Assembly (NCBI GenBank): GCA_043228905.1 | Contig: JBHGNT010000020.1 | Coordinates: 10,602,001-10,666,000 of the forward strand | Source of the DNA: Azolla caroliniana | Lineage: Eukaryota; Plantae; Polypodiophyta | Length of the DNA stretch: 64,000 bases | Direction of reading: 5' to 3' | In this document: positions 53,161 to 64,000 of the stretch, one piece after another | Numbering within the stretch: position 1 is the stretch's first letter | Layout: the number at the start of each line of letters is the position of its first letter | Translations under genes and position numbers: made by a program | Notes under the pieces: model-generated | Told to the model about the DNA's origin: nothing | Databases searched by the model: none | Seen by the model: the letters and a program-made list of their open reading frames with translations, nothing else

Positions 53161-54739
53161 AAGTGGGTGTTTGAATTTTTTAGGGTTGTAATGTTTTTGG
53201 TGGCTAAAATTTGAAAATCTAGATTAGTGATCTCTCATGATCTTTGAAGTTTTTGGTTTTGTGAAATAAGTGTGATCTTTGAAGCTTTTGTGACTAAAAT
53301 TTTGTGATCTTTGAACTTTCTAGTCTTTTCAAAAAATAATTGGTGGCTTAAATTTTAATTGTGGATGAAATCTGAGAAGTGCAATGATCTTTGACTTTTT
53401 GTTTAAATTCAGTGATAGCCCAACTTATTGTTGAGTGGAGTTTTTATATGTTAAACTCAAAGATTTAAAAACTATAATGGGTCTGGTAACAATATACGAT
53501 GGGTCGGGTAACGCAACAAAAAGTATTTAGCTCCTAGAGGCCATTATCCAAGCTATGACTTACCGTCGCCTACAAGTATGAACCATACATGCATTCACAT
53601 TCGAGTATGGTAAACACCATTGAAGTATGGTAAAATACCATACTTTTTGTATTCATCATGTATTATAACTTATAAGGTAAATTTTTTTAAGGTAAAATGT
53701 GTAAAAAAAAAACATTAGAATGTTTTGATAACATACACATTCGTTTACATTTGTATGAAAAATAATGTTTGCCAATGCATTCGAGTATATTACGTACCAT
53801 GCCTACAACCATGACCCCTCCCAAGGGTGAGAGACCTACCCTAGCCCCTCAAGGTCTTGAAGAGGCTTATGGGATTGACATGAAGTAGTGGAAGTGGATA
53901 CACTATAGATGAGCTCGAGACTGGTACAAGATAGAGAAACCTAGGCTCTGCTTGGAGATAAAAGACAATTACCGATTAGTTACATCTATGGTGTAACAAA
54001 GATTGCAATTGAATAAAGATTATTGGAATGGAAAGATAACATAGAGCATGTATATTTTGCATTTCAAATCGATGAGTATAAGGACGTGCAATCAAAAGTG
54101 CACGGATGGCTCGATACAATCGGAGATTCGTCCTCCTCTTTCGGGAGAATATCTTTAAAACTAAAGTATGACTTAGATAAACCGATTTGCGGTGATCTTT
54201 ATGCTCGGAGTAGCATCCTTGAAGTTTTTTTGGTGATCTTATAAGTTTTTTGTAGTTTCTAGTCTCTCGAAAATTTTCAGCCGGGTTAGATGCAAGTAGT
54301 TGGGCTTGGGCCAGGTTAGACACGACAGAGACAAGAACACACTGGGGTTAGACGTGACAGATTTTGGAAAGGGCCAGGTTAGACATGACAAAGGTTGGAC
54401 AGGTCCGGGTCTAGACAAGGCGGGGTTAGTTATTTCCAACAGCTTATAGGCGGGGCGCATACTTTTTTCTGGACAAATGATCGGATGGTGCAGATCGCAG
54501 ACGATTAAAACAGGGAAGCGCGCCCGGCACCGTCCGTGACCGCGATTCCCTCACTTTATTATGATTTGGTTGCAGAATAGAGAGACGAGAGCGAGGAATA
54601 AGCAATATAGTAAGGGGATTGGGGGGGGGGGGGGTTGAGGCTACTTCTGTAAATAGTTTTAAATACTAGAGTAAATACAAACTTTGCCTACATATTGTTT
54701 GTATTCATATATGTACATATGTACATACATATTCAAAAC

Positions 54740-55200
54740 CTATTATTATTATTATTATTAATATTAATAATTATTTAATAATAATAATAATAATAATGAT
54801 TATTATTATTATTGGAATCCTCCTCTCCCCCCCCCTCCCTTCATTTCTTCTTCTTCTTCTTCTTCTTCTTTTTTGTGTGTAACGAATTATGAATCAAATT
54901 GACGCTGCACGTTACGGGAATGAAATGAACCAAAGCTTCTTCTTCTTCTTCTTCTTCATCTTCTGATTGTCTTCCTGATTCTGGTTCTTCGCCGCCATCT
55001 CCATCTCCATCGCCGTCTTCTTCTTCTTCTTCTTCTTCTCCCCCTTCGTTTCCTGACAGATTTAACATATGCCTTGAACAGCCGCTTCATGAAAAGCTGC
55101 CTGTATCATCAAGTAAGCAGACAACAAACCCAGCGCCATTCCTTACGCTGTGCGCTCCTTCTTCTTCTTCTTCTTCTTCTTCTTCTCCCTCGCTCTCTCT
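54740..55200. repeat. Microsatellite-rich upstream region: (TTA)n/(AAT)n and (CTT)n
   Basis: Runs are directly visible; pyrimidine-rich tracts are typical of plant promoter and 5' UTR regions. Confidence 0.85.
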
Positions 55201-55793
55201 TTTTTTTTTACCTTCGAATCTTCGGGAAACGACTCGTTGTTTCAGAAGTTCCGTTTCCTGAGCAGATCCGAGACGTGTTATTTGTTAAATGTTACAATAC
55301 GACATCAATTTAAGCAGGAAAAAACAGAAGGATTTTCTTATGTCCTTTTAGTCACTGAAAGATCCACTGTCGAGAAGTTTCTCCATGGTTCGCTAGGGTT
55401 GCCAGGCACCCAGAAAACATAAAATACAGCGGTCTTTCCATTATTGAGAAGAAAAATAATGTAGAGTTACTAGGTTATTTGGTGAATGTATCACTCTATG
55501 GAGTAAGCAGGTAAAAAGACATCCTTTGGAGTTTTTCTTCATTCTGCTTCCATCGCATCTTCATTTCTTCTTCTTCGTCCATCACCGGAAGGTCTCTGAG
55601 CAGAAAGAGGCCTCGGATTTGCTAGATCCTCTGCTAAGCTTACACTCCCTGAAGTAAGCAGAAAGGGCATAATCTCTGGTTTTTCTCTTCTTTATCAGAA
55701 GAAAGAAAAAAGATGCAAAAAAATGAACTCCAAGGTTCTGCAACACATTTCGACTGTGGATAAAAGTAGGATAAGCGTCATGAAGAAGGGAGG

Positions 55794-55872
55794 ATGCTGT
55801 CACAAGCTTCTTTTTTCTGCACATGGACGTTCCTCTTGATTTTTGCATGGTTGCACGACCCGGTATTTTCTG

Positions 55873-55919
<47 letters not shown>

Positions 55920-58900
55920 ATGTACTGAACACGATATTCTTGTCTCAGCTTGGAGAACAATAAACAAAAATGGGTATACATATTTTAATAAAATTGCGTA
56001 AGGTGATTTCACTATCCCTCAAGCATTTGGCTAAGGGTATATACACAAACGTTCCATGCTCTTGAGAAAAATGTTAGACAAGTACATAAAAGATTGTGAA
56101 TTTAGATAGATTGAAACATTTGACTTTGACATATCTCCATCATGGGCTGGTACAAAATAAAGAGGGCTCCAACCAAGGAAAACACCTTCAGTGTCTGGTA
56201 AGAATGGCCTTGATTTTTCAATGACGAGGATATTGAGTATGTGCACAACAAATTTCTATTGCTTGATAAGTTGTACCCCTTTATTATGCGGTAGTTGACA
56301 CTCTACTTGTGTTGCCCTTGAATGACAGTGTAATAATGGATAGAGGGGGATTATGCTAAAGAAGGTTTTGAAGTTTCTTCATTAATGTGGTTTTGTAGCT
56401 TTATTGTTGTCTTCAGCAACTTCTATGTATTTTGAAAGTACGTCCCAAACATTGAGGGTCTTTTATTAAGAAGTGGCCAATCATTGTTGTTTTATAATGT
56501 CTACGTATGGTTAGATTACCACTGTTAAAGAACAATGTATACTTTGACCAGCAAGTAAGGGAATTTTGGTCCTTTGCACATAACTCTATTAAAGATACTC
56601 TCAAAAAGTGGGGCCAAGGTATCAAATGGATATACAGAACATTTCCTTACTAGTACATGGCCTCACCTGTCCCAAACAAATATTTTTGTTCATTCCAAAT
56701 ACGTCCATTGAAGTTCCTAGTAGTTTTATATCCTCCCATAGCAGCAAAGTGTACTGCATCATTATGCAGTGATAAATATGAGAACTTTCCCAGGTTTACA
56801 AACCTCGAGTATGCCGTAACAAGTTGCAATATATAGTTCTCTAAGAATCCATATTGCACAGCATTTCCTGGAATGTGCATCTGCATTCATATACACCACA
56901 TACTTTTTCATGGACCTTGTTTTTGAACAACATAGCCATTCCACCAAAGTTTTGCGTTGCTTTGTGTGTTGTGTGAGGATGCGATATGGACTCTCATATG
57001 TGTCCCCTTACATCAATGGAATTTGTTGTTGATGGATGCTAATATCGTTGTCCTTGAAGATATAATCTATCTGGACAACATTTTCTAATCATGCATAGGG
57101 TCTCATAGGTCATATACCCTGATGCGGCTCTTTTCTGTGGTAACCACATTCCCATCTCCAATTCTTCTCTGATGAATTAAACAAAAGACATGCGGTGTAC
57201 CTGTTACTTGTGGTTTCATTCAAAAACATTTCGTAAGGCTAATGATATAAAACTATAATTTATAGGGGAACCTTAATGATGTTCACCTCAAAATTGACAG
57301 GATTTTTTGGTTATTCTAGATGTTCCTGTTTCAAACCAAAGCTTTGTCAACGGATTTACTTTACTGCATCAGATTACTTCTCCAACCATTGCTGAGGATG
57401 GTCTAGTTTATGCTTGTATTGGAAATGATATCTATGCATATAACATGGATGGTACAGTGGCATGGTCAGTGGGACTAAATGATACTTGCCAGCTTCTTGT
57501 CTCGCCAGTGATCAATCAATATGGCAGGGTAAAAATCAATACTTCTTGAAGATAGAACTCTGATTTTTTTATTGTGAAGCTGGCTGATATTCCAGGAGTA
57601 ACAATGTGGCTGCAGGTTTTTATAGCAGTTAATCATAGGGTATTCCATGTAATGTATTCTCGAGAATTGAAGATGATTTCGGTATCAGACCTGTACAATG
57701 GTATCAACTTGGATGGGAGCATGTTAGGCTCCAAACCGATAACTGGATTATCTTTAATGGGAAATGGTACATCTATTTTAATAAATGCTGGAGTAGCTGG
57801 TTTGTATGCGGTAGCTATAGATGGGAGTCCTCTATGGAGCACAAATGGAGACTTCAGTAGCAAAGATGTTACCTTCTCCCCTGAGACCTTTTGTTCTGCA
57901 GGAGATACAATATGTTACTTCCACTTTTCACCAGCCGTTGACTATTGTGACGGAAGCATCTATGTGAGTACTTCATAACATTTTAGCTCATGATACCATG
58001 TCCTCAAGCTTATCTCCATTTCATATTTGGGGATTGATAAAACAATGCTTGCTAATCCAAATTTAAGAATATGCATTTCCATTAATTGCTAGCTTTAATG
58101 TTTCCAAGTGACACTACCCAGTTGCACAGAATCTTCTTAACTATGGGACATGTGCTCTAATTACATTACTGCTCTACTTCCAAAATAATCTGAAATATGG
58201 AAAATAATGGGAAGTATTGTAACAAGAACCTTGAAGATAGGTTTAATTTGGAAGAAAAACCTCTTTACATTTGCCGTGGATACGCCAAAGTTTCATAATC
58301 TATCCTTCGGAGTACAAAAATGTTAAAGTAAATTAATGTTCCCATATCTGGACTTGCCGTAAATGGGGCTTGATACAGAAAGAGTGACAGGCGTGCTTCA
58401 AACGAAGTCTTTTATATGGTAGTGGAAAGATGCTCAAGGCAGATCTATGATCCTAAACTAGAGGGCTGAGCTTGACATTAATAACCTATGTTAAATCTGA
58501 AGAGTGTAAAATAAAGTATACCATAGGCCACTTAAATTTCAGTTTTTTAGATCTCTTATTTTAAGCAGTAATGAGCTGGACTGACCTTGCTTCTTCAACT
58601 TCCAGGCCCACACCATCTGTCCTGGTTTGCTGTATTTATGGCTGTTGCATGCCAACTTTTTCTTCCTTTTTTTCATAATAGGAAGCTGCATAGGAGCAGC
58701 AGGTGATATGACTGCAATGGATCATGTACCAAAGATGCTAGTGAAAAATAAGCTGCTACGTAGACTTCTGCATTCCTCCAGTGTTCATGGAAGTTCCTGA
58801 ATCTGAATCTGAACCCTCTACTCTTGGGCTCTCAGCCAGATCTCCTCTGTCAGAAGAACTCTCGGCTCCACAAAATCTGGGATTGAACTCATATGTGTGT

Positions 58901-61900
58901 GGTGAGGATGCATTAGCCCATTCAACTTTGTGGGAGTAAAATTCCTGATAATGAGTTATGTCCAGGAACATCAGTGGTTTAAATGTCACATCTTACTTAG
59001 TGTTAGGGAAATAGTTTGATGGATCTATGCTTCCTTAAATGTATCAGATAACGTAATCTAATACATGTCTTCAATAGGTGTTATACACCGGTCTGCTTTG
59101 CTGGTGTTCTATAATTATGTTTCTTTTAATTCTTAACATTAAATATCAAAAGTAAAAAAATAAAATAGCCATAATATGCATTGTCTTATAGTCTTTGTGG
59201 TTGGGAAGCTGGATTAAATTGCAGATAACACATACCAATGGTTGGCTATATGCAATAGATGGCTGGAAGCCTCATGTGAAGTGGCGTTTTAATATTGGAA
59301 GTTCTGGGGAGACTTCTGTTGCTGGTGTCACAGCTGGGAACAATGGCCGTGTTTATGTGGCCACTGTAACAGGAAATCTTTATGTACTCGACACAAATAC
59401 TGGCAGGCTCATATGGAATGAGACTATAGGACCATTGACGAATCAGACTTGTTTCCCCAAGATAGATAGCAGAGGTAAGTCAGTAACAATTTCTATCCTG
59501 CTGAATTTTGAACATATGTGGTAAAGTATGAAATGCAGAAATTTAATCTACATAGACAGGCGAAATGTATTTAGGAAGAGTTTTTTATTCTACGCTGACT
59601 GATTTTTGTAGAAAATAATACAGTAGGCTATCCGTATTTTGGTGATGATCGATATAAAATGTTTTTGTGTATTTGTTGAAAATAAAATGAATCAGCAAAC
59701 AATAGAAAGTTACTGATTGTAGACAACTCCTTGAGACCCTCATTATATTTCCACCCTTTTATTATCTCTTATAACGATCCACTTTATAGAATTGAGGCTG
59801 CAGATGATGTACAAGAATATTTAACTGAGCAAAGGCAGATAACCATGCCTCTTTACTTGCCCTTTAGAGGTTTTCCTTATATAGTGTGATGCCAGTCATA
59901 TAAAAAGAAAAGGAATGGGGAGAATGATGGGCAATACATGAACCGAGCTGGAGGAAAAAATAAAGAAAGCAAAAAGCCTACTTGAGAGATATAGAATAGT
60001 ATCAGTAGAATAATAACAAAGAAGGAATATTGAGCATTCTTCTGCAATTGTCATGAATATGTGTGTGTGCAGAGAAGGAATGGAGATCATTTTCTTCTTT
60101 AATCACTCTATTAGTTTCTTCCTTCAAACACAAATGCACACAGTCTTGTCATGTGATTCATGAAACTGGGGTGACCCCATGGTGGAAAGCAACTGGATGG
60201 AAATAGGCTTGCGAACAGGGACACATTTCTTATGTGTAAGAACTGGAGTCTGTTTGTAACTCGCAATTAGTTAGGTTTTTATCAGTCAGCTTTTGAGTTC
60301 TATGCATAATGGTACATAAATAACTTATATTCATCGAAAAACGGACGTAAATTACTCAAATAACAGAGAAGCGCATAAAAGAAGAAGTGCAATCATTGTA
60401 CCATCAGACCATGCATCATAAGTTTAATATGGTCCTCTTTGAAAGCTTATTCATAATTGCCAATCTTCAAATCTGATTTTTTAGGGCTAAATGTGTATAA
60501 ATTTGCTTCTCTAGGTCGAGTAATTCTGGGCTCTTTAGATGGATTTGTTTATGTTATTTCATCTGATGGAAGTAGGATGAGAAGATTTCTGAATTATTGG
60601 GCAGCTGATTCTGTGATAGCCAGTTGCCCCTATATTGATTGCATAAAAAGAGAGATGTTTGTAGCCCAAGTGAATCTGTATATGAAGACAATGATGGCGT
60701 CAGACATATCATATATTTCAGTTAAAGGTGTATCACTTTTTATCTTGGACCTATCAACTGGAAATGTGCTGCATTCAGAATATTACCAAGGTTCACAGAT
60801 GTTTTTAAAAAATAATAATTTAGATCTAGTTTTAAGTACCTTTTAAATAATATTATTTGACTTTGTAAACAGGTGAAAAGTTTTCAAATCAAGATGGAAT
60901 TCTGGATACAAGTTTACTTCTAGCCATTTTTGCTTCAAGTAAGAGAACTTGCTTTTCATTTGATCATATCTTCTAGTGCTTTAATTAACCATTTAATTCC
61001 TGGATGTCTAATTTCATGCTCCCATATTCATAAAATTGTTCGTTATTACAAAGACAAAAGAGGAAACCACCATTTCTCAGTGTTAAAAAGTAACCTTCAT
61101 TCTAGAGTTTAATGTGCTGTGCATTATGAGAAATTTTTCCTTTTTAGTGTATGGGAGATGAGAACCATGTGAGGATTCAATTGATTAAAATTATTCTCCA
61201 ACAGAATGGGTTTGATCTACATAGATATCTTTAGAGAGAAATTTATTGCAATCTGCAAAACAGGGGGAAAATGATCATGTTATCACTCAAAATAAGATCC
61301 GCGTGCCTAAAAGAAAAGGTATAATTGTCTTGTTCCAGGTTGGTCTTATTATCTAGGGAAAAGATCAGGCTTTGAAACATTGTAGGTAGCAGATAACATA
61401 TACAATTTTTTTATTCCTCGGAATTTTAACACTCAAAAATTTCTGTTTTACCCACAGATCAATCAGATGGGAAATTATGCAACACTTTTGGTGAGTTTGT
61501 CTTTTGTTATATATTCTAAATGTAGGGTTCTCCTTTTAATTTATTGCTTGGTATTTCCTGATGTATAAATATATACATCAATCATTTGGAGAAAGGAAAA
61601 TCAGCGTTATTAGGATTCCCAGCTATGATTTTAAAATATATTCTCATATTTTTTCCAGGCTGTTATTCTTCTGCTTAGTTCATTGCACATAGAATGGTCT
61701 TTTGTCCTTTGTTATTGTACATGTTTGTGCCAATATGACAGTATCAGTTGGTATTTATTGAACTCGAATATTGTGGTTAAAACACAAATAAACAGATTAA
61801 ATAAAGAGATATCGAGTAATAGTGTGTATTGTTTTAATAGGTGCTTATCGAGGGTGGAAATGTGCTGCATGGCCGAATGATTCTCTTGAAGGTATGCAGT

Positions 61901-64000
61901 GTAGTTAGAATATGTTAATAATATTCAGATATAAATCAAGAAGATATGACATTCTTACTGGAACATCAGGTGTACCGGCATACATTGGTGGAAGCACTCG
62001 ACCTCTTTACATTGCACTTCCAATTTGTTTTCTAATCATTGCGATTATGACCCTCACCTGGTTTCTGTTGCGGAAAAGATATGAGTACCATCATAGGCAT
62101 CCATTTGCACACCAATCACTGAGTAAAAATGTTTTCCCAGATTTTCAGGTAATTTTATGCCATTCCGAGGTTCCAAGTTACGCTGTTTGATTATGTGAAT
62201 ACTGTCATCTGCTCCAGATCACGAAGTGTATAATATTTATTCTTTACAGGTACTATATCACAAACGGGCAGTTTATGAAGAGAGAGTATTCAAACTTGAG
62301 CTTTCATTGAAAAATAATCCAGATTCTGAAGACATTCAGGAGCAACTTAAAAAAGCTCTTGAAGACCTTTACACCAACGAATGGTTTCTCTCACAATTCT
62401 CTTCACATATTGGTAGCTCACAGGATAGAGAACCTCTTCTGCAGTTAGGCAATTCGGCTTATTCAAACATTGGGAATACTTTTATGAATGCTTGTGGTGG
62501 CGTCAGTCAGACTATGGGTACGAATGTATTTGAAAATTCAGCCTCCAATTACGCCATAGTTGAAGATGGAAGAAATCCATTGAAATCAAGTTCTACTTTG
62601 AATAAGTCCTTTTCTAGCTTATTATCTTTGAGAAAAGCATCTGCTAATCCCTTGTTCAGGGGGTCACGGTCTTCTGGTTACATGGGTTTACCAAAGTTGA
62701 GCAATACTGAAGCTCTCCAACAAGATATGTTTTCTCGTGGAGGTACATCTAATGCATCACCAGAGATCAGTCCAGATGATCAAGAATATGGAATTGTGTG
62801 GGTACAGGATATGATGACAGATACAGATGACATTTTGTTTGAGGAGTGTTTAGCAGATGAGATTAATTCTGAAATGTTAAATGGAGGTATGTGTGAAGAG
62901 CATCCTTGTTCAGATGAACTTCATTGTTACCAGCTGGATGATGATGTGCAAAATTCACATGGACATGACCCTGAATCTGAAGAAATCCATGAAAAAGATT
63001 TAAAGAAATCCATTGACATCAACATGCCCAATTCCAAAAAGTATTCTCACTCACAAGCAGATGCTTACATTGATGATAGAAATATGCTTGATTCAAGTTC
63101 TAAGCATGAGATATCTGAATTCGTGGACCCCGTTGCATCAGTTTCTTATTCAGATGCCAACACTTTTGGTTATGGTCATACTGAACCAAAAGAGGAAAAC
63201 GACATGAAAAGGGTCTCCCGAGCTGATATACAAAGTAGCAACACAAGTTCTTTTACAACTTCTTTTCCACCTATATTAGATTTCTTCAATGGTCCTGACC
63301 ATTTATCATGTTGTCTGTAGGTATACATGATAAAGAAAATAATAGTTCTGTTGAAGAGCAAGAGAACATGGGTATTATTAATGAAGAAGGTTATGAACTG
63401 ATGATTTTTCATTCATGAAAATTCTCTATGTTTAATTACCTCATTGCTGATATATTTATGAATTATTTTGCAGATTCTATTAAGCAATCTGATGTTTCAC
63501 ACAAACCGCTCTCAACAGATCCTGGAAGCATTAGAAATGGAGTTCGTATTTACTCATCTTACGTCGCAGGTATGTTGAAAGATCAAGAAGCAGAACATAA
63601 AGATTATTGTAACCAGAAACAGAGCATCCATGAGCAGACTTCAGCATATGAAAGTGATAGAATGCTGTCAAAATTTCCTGATAAAAATGACGTAGAGAGA
63701 GAATATGATATACAAGTGGATTCCAATCTGAAGGGCCAAGCTGACAAACAAAGGCAGAGCCAGATTAAAGGAAGAGTAGAGGCACAAGCTGACAGTGAAC
63801 AAAGGCAGACTATCATTAATGAAAGAATGGATGCTCGAGCTGACAATGAACAACAGAAGAGGGTTGAAAGGATTAAGTCTCAAACTGAGAATAAACAAAG
63901 GAAGAGCATTGTTAATGAAAGAATGAAATCTCAAACTGAAAATAAACAAAGGGAAAGTCTCATCAAAGAAAGAATGAAGGTTCAAGCTGACAATGAAAAA
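55794..64000 (+). CDS. GEX3: GEX3 (gamete expressed 3)-like single-pass membrane protein with a PQQ-like beta-propeller ectodomain; 3' end beyond the window
   Basis: Proposed exons: 55794-55872 (signal peptide MLSQASFFCTWTFLLIFAWLH), 57320-57528, 57616-57963, 59225-59474, 60515-60790, 60873-60938, 61458-61490, 61841-61891, 61970-62148 (TM helix LYIALPICFLIIAIMTLTWFLL-RKR), 62250-about 63234/63246, 63321-63389, 63474-64000+. Motifs CYFHFSPAVDYCDGSIY, VTAGNNGRVYV, LDTNTGRLIWNETIGPL, IDSRGRVILGSLDG and DSVIASCPYIDC match my recollection of Arabidopsis GEX3. Small exons are less certain. Confidence 0.8.
55876..55917. repeat. (GA)n microsatellite directly after the first donor of the GEX3-like gene
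   Basis: gtaag followed by about 20 GA units. Confidence 0.95.

Larger units (their letters stand above)
41575..54590 (-). mobile_element. Degenerate Mutator-like (MULE) DNA transposon bounded by inverted repeats, with nested LTR elements
   Basis: Left ctgctaccaaatcataa / gagggaattgcggccacgaacggtg / gatctgcacc (41584-41672) versus right ggtgcagatc / caccgtccgtgaccgcgattccctc / ttatgatttggttgcag (54487-54575) are reverse complements with few mismatches. A transposase remnant lies inside. Exact termini and TSD not resolved. Confidence 0.6.

Noticed and set aside
54841-55422. ORFs with poly-Glu, poly-Lys, poly-Leu or poly-Phe runs (possible signal peptide)
   Set aside because: These are translations of (CTT)n microsatellites. 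A better signal-peptide exon with a phase-matched donor exists at 55794-55872.
61659-61680. Candidate GEX3 exon after ttttccag
   Set aside because: An in-frame TAG appears within seven codons in the required phase.

Overview
Eukaryotic, intron-rich land-plant genomic DNA. An axonemal dynein next to plant copia elements with a tRNA-iMet PBS points to a lineage with flagellated sperm, such as a fern, lycophyte, bryophyte or cycad/Ginkgo; this is inference. Bases 200-37873 (+) hold the last 37 exons of an inner-arm axonemal dynein heavy chain (DNAH6-like). My hand-spliced exons sum to 11334 nt (3777 codons plus stop) with consistent intron phases, and three introns are GC-AG. The dynein introns are packed with 5'-truncated copies of one RTE-X-like LINE family with a conserved 3' stem-loop and a (TTTC)n tail. 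At least two LINE 3' ends now appear to form the acceptor region of a dynein intron. The intergenic region (38-55 kb) holds a near-perfect 6 x 254 bp tandem array and a degenerate MULE bounded by inverted repeats. Nested in the MULE are a very young intact Ty1/copia element and a rearranged second copia whose 3' LTR contains two convergent tRNA-like sequences. From 55794 to beyond the window end (+) lies a GEX3 (gamete expressed 3)-like membrane beta-propeller gene with a long, repeat-containing cytoplasmic tail. No database searches were run; family calls rest on recognised motifs.
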